A stretch of 64,000 bases of DNA from Octopus sinensis (Eukaryota). Of this stretch, positions 25,603-39,454 are shown in pieces. Under the pieces are notes generated by a model. That model was not told the origin of the DNA, did not search any database, and saw only the letters and a list, made by a program, of their open reading frames with translations. The stretch is taken from the NCBI RefSeq assembly GCF_006345805.1, contig NC_043017.1, positions 29,574,001-29,638,000 on the forward strand. Direction: 5' to 3'. The translations under genes were made by a program, and so were the position numbers. Every line of letters begins with the position of its first letter. The first letter of the stretch is position 1.

Positions 25603-26418
25603 CAGGGTACGGTGAATATATTGTCATCTAAATTACGCAAAAAGGAAAATAACACTGACATCTCATACTAACAGATATATTTACCAAAATTACATAACGA
25701 TATCTTATAATACTAAAAAGTAAATTTATTCAATAAAATCGTCATTGGCTTCAACAATGACCCCTACATGACTTTGGAATCTCCTGCAACTCTTCTGGAC
25801 CCTTGTTTTAGTTGGTGAATGCAGCCATAATCTTTGGTTTCAGTTCCTCTTTGGTGTTACAAAGAATTTCGTTGGTCTTTCGCTCAGCTGCACCCCATAC
25901 TTAATAATCAAAGTGGGTACAGTCTGGGGAGTTAGGTGGCCAGATGTTAGGGGTGATGTGGTTGCAGAAATTATCTAACAGACATGACTGGGTTCTCCTG
26001 CTTGTGTGGCATGGCACAGAGTCCTGTTGGCAGGCATAGGGTCTTCTAGCAACCAACTTCTTGAATCAGGGCAGCCCTACCTCGCCCAGACACTTGATGT
26101 AGGCATCGTGTAGAGTTGGAGGCCGTGTAGGAAGATGAATGGAGGCATAACGTTGCTATCACTAGCGATCACATAATGTTGACTGGATGTTTGGCATTTA
26201 ACATTATCGGTACATGTTTTGAGGACACAGAAAGCCAACGGTCGCTCTGTGTCTTCATTATCTGATTCAGGCAGAAATTTTTTCTCGACTGAGCAAAACT
26301 AAAGCACGTTCAGCTGGAGTGGATGCTTGAGTTTGCTCAAAAGCTACCTAGTGCGGCCTAGCTTCTTGCCTTTAATGGTTTGGGATAAAAATTAGCCCTT
26401 TCTCATCTTGTATGGGCT
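25603..26418 (-). mobile_element. Decayed Tc1/mariner transposon, DD37D (maT) type, 3' part plus one TIR
   Basis: Minus-strand ..SVEKNFC..KHPVNIM..VMPPFIF..QQDSVPCHTSRRTQSCLLDNFCNHITPNIWPPNSPDCTHFDY*VWG..VEANDDFIE*; 37 residues between the 2nd and 3rd D; TA|CAGGGT terminus at 25601-25608; several stops and frameshifts. Confidence 0.92.
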
Positions 26419-26419
26419 A

Positions 26420-26589
26420 CGACGATAAGGAGGACCTCTCCGTGCTCATGGAACCGTGACTGGCTCGCTATCTCCAGTGAACTGGCGCAGGACCGTCGTG
26501 CGTGGGCTGCCATGGTTCGAGATGCCACGAGGGTGCTAGAAGAAGCCGACTCAATCCGCCCAGGGTGAATGTCACCACAAGTATAAGTA
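26420..26589 (+). mobile_element. Extreme 3' end of an RTE-clade LINE
   Basis: ..WNRDWLAISSELAQDRRAWAAMVRDATRVLEEADSIRPG* followed by a CAAGTATAAGTA tail. Confidence 0.8.
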
Positions 26590-26689
26590 ATTACATATAT
26601 ACATGAAGAGAGAGAGAGAGAGATATCTAGAATGCAGAGAATTCGATGCTGACGTTGATAAGTTAGGTATATAATATTGATTTCGAAAT

Positions 26690-27040
26690 ATAGATCAAAG
26701 CCAGTTATTTTGAGCTTGTAGATAATTCTATTGAATCGACCCCAATACTTGACTGGTATTTATTTCATCGACTCCGAAAGGATGAAAGGCAAAGTCGACT
26801 TCGGCTGTATTTGAACTCATATCACCTAGGCGGACGAAAAGCTGCTAATCATTTGTCCGGAGTGCTAAAGATTCTACCAGCCCACCGCTTTAATATTAAG
26901 TATTATACTGATTTCAGATTTTGACACAAGGCCATCAATATCGAGGAAGAATCTAAATCGATTACATCGACCCTAGCGTTCAACTGATACTTATTCGATC
27001 AACCTCGGGAAGATGAATGGCAAAGTCGAACTCGGCGGAA
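26690..27040 (-). mobile_element. Two degenerate family-A SINEs
   Basis: GAAAGGATGAAAGGCAAAGTCGACT core; second copy at about 26915-27040. Confidence 0.8.
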
Positions 27041-27769
27041 TAAAGTTAGTTATAATATTAATACGATAGAATTTATTATTCCTCTGTATAAGAGATGCTG
27101 AGATTTGTAACATTCACAGGTACTCTTGTATATATTGACGTTGCAGGTTAATTAAATTTGCTACAGTGTTTTCATTACTCGCTTTTTTTTTCCTTCTGTG
27201 AAATATAGGATGTTTTAAGATAGATTGGCTTCGCTTAAACAAGGCCGAATTCTCCAAGCTTTTATCAGAAAGAAAGAAAGTGTCTAAGAATGTACAATTC
27301 CTATTGAAAAATTACGAGAATGTATAAATTATATACGATTCCTTATTCACTTGTGTTTAAGGAAGTCTGCTATTCGTTGTTTCGTTAATATTGTCTATTC
27401 CTTCAATCATATGAACTCTCTCTCTATTTCTCCAAAATGGTCTATCTCTCTCTCTCTCTCTCCGCGTCTCTTTCAGGCTCTGTCTTTTTATCTCTCTCTC
27501 TTTCTCTCAAACTTTACATTACTCTATACATATCGTAGAACAGCTAACATTTCTACATCGAATTAATTGCTTTGTTACGAAACATCAGAAATGAAAAAAA
27601 AAAAACCCAGAATATAGAAACACTGTTTCATGAACTGTGTTGATGGCTTCGGAATTTATGTAAATACACCAATAAATATTTATGATTTAATAAACATGAT
27701 TACGTGTAACAATCATAAATAAGGTTGGGTCAATAGCGCAATAAGGTCACCACCATTAGCACCATGATC

Positions 27770-27978
27770 ACCACCACCACGGACACTACCACAAATTCAA
27801 CCACCAACATCCCCCGCCTCCTCTTCATCATCATCAATTTATTATTATTATTATTATTAGTTGCAGTAGTAGTTGTAGTAGTAGTATAGTAATAGTAGTA
27901 TATGATAATAATGATTATGATGATGATGGTGATTATAATACTAGCAACACTAAAAACAACAGCAAACACATTAATAAC

Positions 27979-28010
<32 letters not shown>

Positions 28011-28150
28011 CACCGCTGCTGCTGCTGCTACTACTAATACTACTGTGGCTACAACTATTATTACTACTACTACTACTTATTATTATTATTATTATAAACA
28101 GAGAAGAGGAAGAAGAAACTGAAGAACAACAGCAACAATAGTAATGAATA
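27770..28150. repeat. Compound trinucleotide repeats (CAC, CAT, ATT, TAG, CTA)
   Basis: Directly visible. Confidence 0.9.
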
Positions 28151-29179
28151 TTACGTTGTCCCTTTTTTTGTTTATTCCAACTTTACTGTGAAGTCTTTGT
28201 TGTTATTTATAATGAAGGGTCATATAATAATGCGAAACAATGGCTTTCATAATGAAAAGAAACACCGTATGTTATGTTGCTGTATTAATACAAAGAATTT
28301 ATTACGTTGCCATAACAATAACAACCACAACCATAATAATAAAAATAATAATAATAATAAGATGAAGTAGAAAAGAAGAGAAAAAAGACGTCGGATGAGA
28401 AGGAGGTTATGAATTCTTAAGTGATGCATTTGCAAAAAAATAAAAGAAAGCAATTCTTGTCTTAAGAAGCATAACAAGTAGAAAAGAAACAATAAAATTA
28501 GCTACGGCGCTCTTTGTGAATATTGAAGTGGGTAAAATAAATGAAAGTTAAGTTATTTCATTGATCATAAAAGCAATGAAAAAGATGGTGAAATTTGATG
28601 ATACATGAACTATGGGGAATTAGAGAATATATTTTAAATTCCGTATAACCTGCATAGCACACACTCACGTTATACACATTGTAGTATGAGAGAATAACAT
28701 ACACACACGCACGCACGCATACACATATAGTATGAGAGAATAAGAAACAAGTTGTTGTATTCTTGTTTCTTTGTTGTCCATTACGATCGCTTCGGCGACA
28801 AATCATTAATGAATGATGTAGCAGATTAGGCAGCAACGGAAGATGTAAGTGGATACTATGCAGAGCCACAAGCTCATACGATATCTGTTGCACGCTTTGT
28901 GTATGTAATTTCATCTGGACCCATATATATATATACACATATATAATTAAAAAAAGCAACAAGTATATCTTCGGTAATTTGGTACGATCGTTTCCTGCTA
29001 CTTCATTTTATTAAACATTGTAAGTATTACATCAGTTTTAAAATGTTGAGCAATCTTCAGCCATTTATAGAAGTCGTCGAACACATGGACAATACATATA
29101 CTTATTTCCATTCCGTACCTCTGACTTAACTATCATATTCATTTGAATCTAGATTTTTCTGAACTTATATATATATATA

Positions 29180-29400
29180 CGCATGGCTTAGTGGTTAGGG
29201 TGTTGCACTCACGATTGTGGCATTGTGATTTCGATTTCCAGATCGGGCGGTGTGTTCTACTGCAAATCACTTTATTACACTTTGCTCTGCGATCATTTTC
29301 TCATGTTGCAGAGGATGCATCTAGACACAAATATTTGATCACTATAAACAAATTATCTGCGTCGTTACTCGGCAAGAAGTTGCCGAAATCTCATCCGTCA
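29180..29400 (+). mobile_element. Old tRNA-headed SINE
   Basis: GCATGGCTTAGTGGTTAGGG..ATTTCGATTTCCAGATCGGG resembles the heads at 41454 and 42025. Confidence 0.55.
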
Positions 29401-29439
29401 TCTAACGGTGAATCCATGAGATATATATATATATATATA

Positions 29440-29528
29440 TATTCAATTATCTGTTATACAATTCAACTTTATATATATATATATATATATATATAATAAA
29501 GTTGAATTGTATAACAGATAATTGAATA
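29440..29528. repeat. 33-bp perfect inverted repeat around a (TA)n spacer
   Basis: 29440-29472 is the exact reverse complement of 29496-29528. Confidence 0.95.
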
Positions 29529-30124
29529 ATTCATTAATTACACAACTTATTAAAATACCGAACATTTGATAATGAAATCACAGCAAAATTATTTCGTATG
29601 CAAATAACGTTAACTTCAGTTCCATGCATAACATTATTTCGTAACTGAAGTAAAACTTTAACAATATACAGCTTAAATTTAAACATTAAATTGATATGAT
29701 ATTACTAATGTGAATCTCAGAGAGGATGTTATCAAGAAAAAAAATGAATAAAAGACAAAAAAGATCTAATATACCAGCATTTCATGTTCACAAGCCATTA
29801 ATATTAAAATAATCGATTAAGTATTAAATTCATTGATATATTACAATAAATTAAACTCTATCAAATTGATGATGCTGGTGAAGCTATATGATACTTTGAA
29901 ATTATGTGATAATTTCGATTAATAGAATTGTAGTTTCTCAGTCTCTGGGTTGCGGCCAAGCTGGGGCACTACGTCGAAGAGTTTAATTCTGTGGAAATCA
30001 GTATTTACTTTTTAAAACCTCGTACACCAACCAGCGTTTTCTTAGGCAGAGTAACTACGTTACCAGGCCGGATATCAAGCAACACCGGTTTTGGACTAGT
30101 AGGCCGAAATATGCGTTTACATAC

Positions 30125-30173
<49 letters not shown>

Positions 30174-30886
30174 ATTACAGATATAGGGTGAAATATAATT
30201 TAATATAATCAACAAATTTCACCTAGTAGTATTTCGGTATGTAAAAGGACCATATTCGTTAAAAATTTATATATATATATAGGTATATGTATATACACAT
30301 ATATCATTATATATATATGCAAAGAAAATACTTTCACACAAATGTACAAACCAAGGTAACACAAACTATAAGAGAGTACATACACAAATAACTATACAAA
30401 CACAAATCTTATTCTGGAACTTATCATGAGGAACTTTAACCCCTGGACAACATACAAACAGCACCTTTACAATCTCCCACCAGACATTGTAACTAACCAT
30501 GTTCATTCAACTCTCACGGGATACTAACGCACTGACATAGCATTGATTGTATGGACATGCTCAGTCAACTTACGACGCTAAACACTCAATTGTTAGACGG
30601 GAATCTACAAATATTTCTCACACCAGTCATGTGACAATACCCAACGAAACGAATCCTGTTCAAAACATACTAATTTGAGCCATGAATTCCTTATAAAAAT
30701 GGGACAAGCTTCAAACACGAAACAGAAGCAAGGCAGTTGCGACATAAGCCACGCCATTCTACCTGAACTTTTTTGAAAATCAGTGTAAACTGTGAAAACG
30801 TTAAAGCTTTAGAAATATTAATAAAAACATATTTTAAATATTCTCAATGGATTTTTAACGTCCATTTTTCACACACACACACACAA

Positions 30887-30921
<35 letters not shown>

Positions 30922-32567
30922 TATATAAGGTATAAAATTGTAAAATAACTTTATCATAAAATTCATTTTAGTACCGGTTCCAGTCATAGAGACTTTTTCA
31001 ACTCTAAGTACGGAAAAAAATAAAATTTTGGAAAAATTAAGTGAAAAGTTTTTAAAAGAATATTTGCATAATATTCACATATATAAATATATACATACAT
31101 ATAAATATATACATATATAAATATATATATATATAGATAAATATATTCATATATAATAAATATATATATATATACATAAAAAATATATATACATAAATAT
31201 ATACATATATATAAATATATATACGTATAAATATATACATAATACACAATAGATGCATATACACAAGCATTCGATAGCCTGTGAGTATAATAGAAATCTC
31301 TAACTCAATTTTCCACCGAATGAGAATGAACCAGAAATACTGTGGTTGCGGTACAAACTAAGCTCAAATCCCTCGTGTTCAACTCTGCTTTTCATTCATC
31401 CTCTCAGGATGAATATAATAACTTCTAACACTTTTTTGATCGTCCTATTAATTGTCAAATATTCAATTCGAGAGCAACGATGTAAGGTTCATCGTTGAAA
31501 CCTTCGAAATTTGACAAAGTCTTGGTCGAGAAATAATGACCTTTTAAATTTGGCAAATTAAAGACTACACCGAGCTAACCAACTTCTTATACGTAGTGTG
31601 TATGTGTGTCTGTCATATAACAATGAAAGAATTGCTTTAATTTGTGGAAAAGAAGATATTTATAAATAAAGGTTACTGTGTTTAGAGAGAAAAAAATTAT
31701 TTGCTATGAAGAGGTTAACTGTTTCAAAGCAGATCTGTAGTTTCTAGAAATAACATATAACGATTTCAAAGGAAAGCTTAAGGTATGCTTACAAAGAAAT
31801 AACCCTCTCTTAAGTTTATTTATATTTCCATATATAGACATCTCTTTATGTGTGTTCGAGGGTGTGGAATTACATATCAACCAGAGAGAAGCCATAAAGC
31901 ACTGACATCAAATATGAACTCTCAGACTACTAGTTAGTATTTCATTCGTTTATCGCAAACAAAATCGACAAGTTGTCAGATATCTTGCGACTTAGAAGCA
32001 AACATTTCATCGCATATGTTTTTGGTTTCTTCTTTTTACATGCTTTCTCTTCTTTCTCGTCATAATACGATCTATGACAAGATAATCGTAAGAAAAAAAA
32101 ATGAAATACGAGGTGTTTCAATAAGCTAGTTTAAAAATTTCCTAATCTCTTTAACCACACCCAGAGAATTTTTGTGCATCTTACTGATTTATTCAATTCA
32201 TTTATTAGTTTATTCATTCATTATTCTGCACTTAAGTTTGTTTATTACTTCATGGCTTTTATGCTTTAAATTTTGATGCCTCTGTCAAACATTTTTACTT
32301 CTTGACCCGCTTAAATTCTCTAAATGAATGTCTTTGAAAAACGTATGAAAAATTAATGAAGCTTGCTCAATATGAATGACAAATACGTCGTTTCAACACC
32401 TTATAAAAGAAATATATATATATTTAATCATTTTATTTTCTTCTCTTGTCAGGGAAATAAATAAATTCTGTCTGAGATATGTGAACCCTCTCTTGGCCGT
32501 GCGATTCTTGTTACCTTCAGTTAATTGTTTTTCAATTGAGAAACAAAAATTACAAAAATATATAATT

Positions 32568-32973
32568 TTACTCTTTTATTTGTTTTAGTCATTTGACTGC
32601 GGCCATGCTGGAGCACCGCCTTTAGTCGAGCAACTCGAACCCGGGACTTATTCTTTGTAAGCCCAGTACGTATTCTATTGGTCTCTTTTGCCGAATCGCT
32701 AAGTAACGGGGACATAAACACACCAGCATCGGTTGTCAAGCAATGCTAGGGGGACAAACACTGACATACAAACATACACGCACACACACACATATATATA
32801 TATACATATATACGACGGGCTTCTTTCAGTTTCCGTCTACCAAATCCACTCACAAGGCTTTGGTCGGCCCGAGGCTATAGTAGAAGACACTTGCCCAAGA
32901 TGCCACGCAGTGGGACTGAACCCGGAACCATGTGGTTGGTTAGCAAGCTACTTACCACACAGCCACTCCTGCG
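32568..32973 (-). mobile_element. Full-length SINE family B
   Basis: Head, body, microsatellite and tail as in 2208-2609. Confidence 0.9.
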
Positions 32974-35845
32974 TATTCTGTTTGAGACATATCTTAAGGC
33001 ATTTCACTAGCAAATTACAACACCATTTTCCAGTTAGCACAACTATTATCAAAATCTTGTAGTCGTGAGCAAACTTTTAACTACCCTGTCATACATATGC
33101 CTGGCGTTTTTCTTTCCTTTTGTATATAGTTTTCTTTTGTATCTTAAAACACAATCCATCAGTTTGTGTTTAACGTATATAATATGGCTCTAACATTCCC
33201 AGCGCAAGATAAAACAAATAAAATGTCTGGCCTACAGGACTATTTAATTAGATTCTGGACATAACCGAAGTAGCCAAATAATTGCCTGCTGTCTTAAATA
33301 CAGAAACAAAGAGTGTATAATGTGTTCGAGGCACGGTAATCCTGAAAAGAAAAATAACGGATTTATCTAAAAATAAATGGTTTTGATTATAGGCTTGCTT
33401 CGTTAGGTTTGACCTGGGGTTAAATAACAATAAAGCCGCAGCAAAAAGGCAGTCTTCAAAATTTCTCTAAGCTATTTACTGATATCAATGCAGTACTGTT
33501 TGTAGAGATACAAAATACAATTTCGAAATTAGGCACGGAACCAAATAATTAATGGAAAATATTTCCTCCTGAATGTATTAATTAATCTGCGAATAGAATC
33601 ATAGCAACTGCGTATTGAAACCAATTCACCAGAATCGCAGGAATAGACTTATATAAACTAATGCTAATGAATTTAATTTACTGCGACATGATTAGCTTTA
33701 TAAACAGAATTGTTCTATAAATTAAATCTAAATGGGCTTAATGATTGTTTTCGATTTTTTATTCGTTAACCCAGAATATTTTTTAGTAAACTCAATACAC
33801 AGGCGAGGGGAAAAATCTATTTAATCCGCTCTACTTAAAAACAAATATTGTTATTTTTAGCCAAAAAATTTCAGAAGAAAATAAACATAGAAATCAATAT
33901 TAGAGATTTTGACTATTGATTATTTGATTTTATAGATGAATAAGCATATTTCAAGCCAGCAACACTAATGCCAAATGTATTCCGGCGAATGTGCGAATTC
34001 TTGCTTGGATGCCAGTTCTGTTTAAGAGGTGACTTTAAACCAATAGTAAATTTTAACCATTTCCAAATCTTCTAAAGCCCCTACTCTTTCACACAGAGGG
34101 AATTAAAGCTAGCTTCCAGCCACAATTAAATTAGGCAAGATTTGTATATGTAAATGTGTGTATATTTATTTATGTTTGTACAAATGTATGCATGTAACAA
34201 TACGTCTGTATATGAATATGTGTACATATGAATGCATGTATGTATGCATGAGTAAAATGATAAAAATCTCCTAAACGATACAAGCAATTAATTATATTTT
34301 ATCTGGAAATGAGCCATTTATTAGGGTGTACATAGGGCACAAGTCTTCTTATTTCATACAGAACTTATAGAAAACGTAAGTACATCTAGGCAAAGATTAA
34401 CTTCCTTGGCTATCAAAATAAACATTATTAAATTAGCCCAGGAACTACATGTACACAAACTGGCATGCATCAATACCCTATAAAAGTTTGAGTTCAGGAG
34501 AGTGTGTGCCCGTGCGTCAGCATTTCTGTGTGTGTATAAGTATGTGCACGCAATCACTTACAGACTTTAGCATGTTTTATGTATGTTCTTTTAATATGTA
34601 CATACAAACATTACGCTCTTAGTGAATTCAGAGAAGCACACATTCCTTTCTAAAAGCTCGCCAAGTACAGCTGATACGAAATCAATAGTATATACATTTC
34701 CCATGTTGATATCGACAGGATTTGAACTAAAAGCATAGAAAATCAATGTTAAACACTGTAAAACATACTCATGTGTTCTTCGTGACCATGGGCATACGAT
34801 ATAAATGATATTGGGATACGAAACAAAAAATTCGGAACATAATACTGTCCAACTATGGCAGAATAGCAGCCCGGATATTTACTTTTATATTAGACAACAA
34901 AGGATCTTTTATTTCAAGAAAATATAGATTAACCTTCTCTAATGTTTTAGACATTCTTAGGAGATTCTTATAAAAAAAAACTCTACTTATATAAATACAT
35001 TTGTGTCAAAGATATTCCTGGAATAATATTTACTAAACAGCAAGACTTATTTTTATAAGGAAATAAATATAATTTGCCTTTTCGCGGTCTCTTGTTATGG
35101 AATGACAGTTTGATCTTCAAGATGCTAAAAGTATAACGGAGAAAAATAGGGGTGAAAAATGTTAGAGGTAAAGTCAACATTATCACCTCTTAACACAGAA
35201 TTTTGTGGTTTGTTGTTGAAACCTACGCAAAACACGTGGATTCTTAAGGGAAGATGGACTGTGGCAACATAGGAGTATGTTCAAAATCACATAATTGGAA
35301 AACCTTATTTTTGCCGATGCAACAACGCGAATAGAATCAGTATAGTTTTGCTGAAAAGAATACGGTTATTTGTAGGTTATTTGGATTATTAGTGTAAATA
35401 CTATTTCCGGTCTTTTATGACTTCTATGAAAAATGATTACTAAAGAATATAATGCTTTATAATTTCGGAATATTACCTGTTAATATATATTTATTGTTTC
35501 GTGGTATTCCTTAGTATTGTGTTTAGCTACAATTTTTTTGGTGACAAGGTAACCACGCCATTATACAAGACAATATTTACAGAGAGGGCTTTTCTTCGGT
35601 TGCTAGAAGTGAAAGCCAAGTTTACCTCAGTTCATATTCCCATGGTTAAAGCACGACCAGATGATTTGTGCTTATGAGGAAACGAGAATGGTCACGGATG
35701 GAATGCTCATCCTCACAAGCGCCCACGATATAAACATTGATCAATGGTAAATGGTACCCGCTTCCCACAAACAAGTCAAATATAGGACGCAAATATTAGT
35801 TGTATTCCTCAAATGCAGATTATATTCTTAAGAAACTTGTTCTCT

Positions 35846-36202
35846 ATTTTACTTCGTTCAGTCATTTCACTGCGGCCATGCTGGGGCACCAGCTTGAAGA
35901 GAGTAAGTTGAATGTATAAACACCAGTAATTATATTTTTAAGCCTGGTACTGATTATATCGCTCTACTTTGTCGAGCTGTTAAGTTACGGGGGATGTAAA
36001 TTCGCCAACATCGGTTGTCAAGCGGTGGTGTTGAACAAAATAACACACACACACTCACATGAGAGACTTCTTTCTGTTTCCGTCAACCAAATTCACTCAT
36101 AAGGAGGTGGTCGGCTGGAGGCTATAGCAGAAAACCCTTGCTTAAGGTGTCATGAACTCGGAACCATGAGGTTGAAAATCAAACGTTTTACCACAGAGCC
36201 AC
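35846..36202 (-). mobile_element. Older SINE family B copy
   Basis: Diverged but collinear with family B. Confidence 0.75.
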
Positions 36203-36255
36203 AGCTGAATAAGACTGTTTCAAGAAACTCTTCTGAAAGACCCATATATTCTATA

Positions 36256-36680
36256 ACTCTTACTCTTTTACGCTTTTACTTGTTTCAGTCATTTGACTGC
36301 GGCCATGCTGGAGCACCGCCTTTAGTCGAGCAAATCGATCCCGGGACTTATTCTTTGTAATCCCAGTACTTATTCTTTCAGTCTCTTTTGCTGAACTGCT
36401 AAGTGACAGGGACGTAAACACACCAGCATCGGTTGTCAAGCAATGCTAGGGGAACAAACACAGACAAACAAACATACACGCACACATACACATGCACACA
36501 TATACACACATATATACGACAGGCTTCTTTCAGTTTCCGTCTACCAAATCCACTCACAAGGCATTGGTCGGCCCGGGGCTATAACAGAAGACACTTGCCC
36601 AAGGTGCCACGCAGTGGGATTGAAACCGGAACCATGTGGTTGATAAGCAAGCTACTTACCACACAGCCACTCCTGCGCCT
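36256..36680 (-). mobile_element. Full-length SINE family B
   Basis: Collinear, high identity by eye. Confidence 0.9.
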
Positions 36681-37084
36681 GTATAAACACCAAGTATTCA
36701 TTAAACAGCATTAATATATGTTGCAGCTGATTTATGGCCAATTTCTCGCTTAGCGTCTCTGCTGAATAAGATTAACACAACATGATGTCAACATCAGAGG
36801 AAGATGAATCGAATTACGGACATTGTTTTTAAAGAAGTTTAAAGAAAGTATTATAATCATCATTGTTCTTGTTGTCTTTGCTATTGTCATTGCTATTATC
36901 ATTGTTGTTATTTGTATTCTTACTGGTTGTTCTGTGCACCTACTATGTGTTCTTATTCTGCTATGAAATGTAAAGGAACTTTCCTAATAAATTTCGCTTA
37001 CGTTTTCACTTGTAACGTATTGTTATTAATGTTTGGGAAACCAGCCACAGCTCCGAAGTTGTTAGTCTCATTAAACCTATCTGT

Positions 37085-37121
37085 ATGTCTGTCTACACAC
37101 ACACACACACTCACTCACTCG

Positions 37122-37172
<51 letters not shown>

Positions 37173-37197
37173 TCGCGCTCTCTCTCACACATACTCA

Positions 37198-37236
<39 letters not shown>

Positions 37237-37315
37237 TCACTCTCTCTCTCTCTCACACACACACACGCACACGAATATCTGTTTGTCTGTCTACACACAC
37301 ACACACACACACACA
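37085..37315. repeat. (CA)n/(CT)n compound microsatellite
   Basis: Directly visible. Confidence 0.95.
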
Positions 37316-38060
37316 CGAATGTCAGTTTGTTTGTGTATCATGAAACATGGCGTTGTTACGGATAAGAAGTCGAGCAGAGTGGGACATGGTTGAAGCAGCA
37401 GGAAGAAGGAAAGATTTTGCCATTTAGAGAGTTCCTTTCGTCCCTTTCCCTAATGAACCCTTATCCTTCTTGTTATCTAAATCTCGAGTTTCCATTTTCA
37501 CCAGAGCTATCCCCAACTCCCGGAAGTCATGGAGCGTATCGAACAGCGGCGGAAACAACAACATGTGTCAACAAAAGCTAATGACTCCTAAAGCAGTAGT
37601 AATAACTGCAACAACAGCAACAATCTCGCAGCTGGTAACAGCGATGATAAGAATAACCAGAAAACAACATGGCAAAAGACGGGAGAAACAGCAACAAGAA
37701 GCAGCAGTGTAAGAGAAGAAAAGGCAAGATAAATAACAAGAATAAAAACGAAAACCTCAAATTTATATTAAGGAAAGAAATGACAAGAATAGTGAACGTA
37801 AAGATGGACCAAATGCCGTAAACATTTTGATCAGTGTGCAAAAGGATTCTGCCAGCTCACCGCATTAATAAGCAGCACAAATCCAACAACTTCAAGGGGA
37901 GATGTGAAGTCGATTCCATCAACCCCAGTTCCTTAACTGGTAGTTATTTCATTGACCGTGAAAAGATGTAATGCAAAGTCCTTTTCGGCGCTATTTGAAC
38001 TCAGAACATAACGACAGATGAAATGTCGCTAAGCATTTTGCCCGGCGTGCTAACGATTCT

Positions 38061-38475
38061 TATTTCTTTATTGCCCACAAGGGGCTAAAGATACAGGGGA
38101 CAAACAATGACAGACAAAGGGATTAAGTTGATTACATCGACCCCAGTGCGTAACTGGTACTTAATTTTTCGATCTCGAAAGGATGAAAGGCAAAGTCGAC
38201 CTCGGCGGAATTTAAACTCAGAACGTAGCGACAGGCGAAATACCTATTTCTTTACTACCCACAAGGGGCTAAACAAAGAGGGGACAAAGAAGGACAGACA
38301 AAGGGATTAAGTCGATTATATCGACCCCAGTGCGTAACTGGTACTTAATTTTTCGACGCCGAAAAGATGAAAGGCAAAGTCGACCTTGGCGGAATTTGAA
38401 CTGAGACCGTAACGGCAGGCGAAATACGGCTATGTTTTTCGCCCAGCGTGCTAACGGTTCTGCCAGCTCGCTGCC
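38061..38475 (-). mobile_element. Dimeric SINE A (full unit plus headless unit), abutting an older SINE A at about 37890-38060
   Basis: CCCACAAGG at 38074 and 38258 (184 bp apart); head ends at 38475. Confidence 0.88.
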
Positions 38476-39454
38476 TTAACAACGGCATCAGTGTTGTCAA
38501 CACAATGATCAGTTGACCCCGTAGTGTAGCAACAAAGCTATCAATATTCCCACTGCTTCTACTGAAGCAGTGATAGTACCACATCTTCCAGTAGAAATAA
38601 CAGCATCAGCGTGGGTCACGTAGCAAGTATACGATACTGTAAGGCCTATGGAGCGACCAATTTTGAAAGAAGATTCCTAAAAGAAGCTAGAAATGTTGCA
38701 ATGAAGCAAACCAGAAATGTTCTTTCAAACGTTCTCTGAAATTCTAGAGGGATACATCACTATGTAACGATTTGTAGGCGTTAAATGACGGTATATAGAA
38801 AGACCGACCTGCTCATGTAGCCATGCAGTGGGTGTGAACCTGAACCCATGTGGTTGGCGAGCAAAATTCTTACCACACAGCTATGTATGCGCATATCCGT
38901 TGAGATAGTGAAACTGGTTTAGTTGAGTCCAGAGGAAATATTCCTTCACCAAAACATTGGATAAGAAATATTTAGAGCATTTTCTTCTCAAAGGGGTGGG
39001 TGTGAATATCTTATGATCGGCCATGATATGTCGGTGATTTGGCAGTGTGTGTGCTGCTTCGGCATGGTTCAGAATTCGATGTAGAATTGACAGCATAATA
39101 TGGAAGATGCAAAATCGATACAACATCAGGATTGATTATTTCGTCTTCTATCATTTCCGTATCGATAGAACATATGAACTTGAATCAATATTAACGGCAA
39201 CCCTTTTCCAAAATTATGTGTGTTCCTGTAGCCTTGTAGCCGTGTTGATAAACAATATTATTTGAAATCATTATCATGTTTATTGAAGGGGTGATGATAG
39301 AATCGGGTATACCGAATAAAAGTTGCGTTTTGTTTTTATTTAGCTCTGTCTGAGATATATTCCAATTTAAATGTCTGTTGAACTTGATTCTGTATTTATT
39401 GTTTCAGAAGGGAGAGAATAAATGTCAGTCATGTTGTAATTAATATATCGTTAG

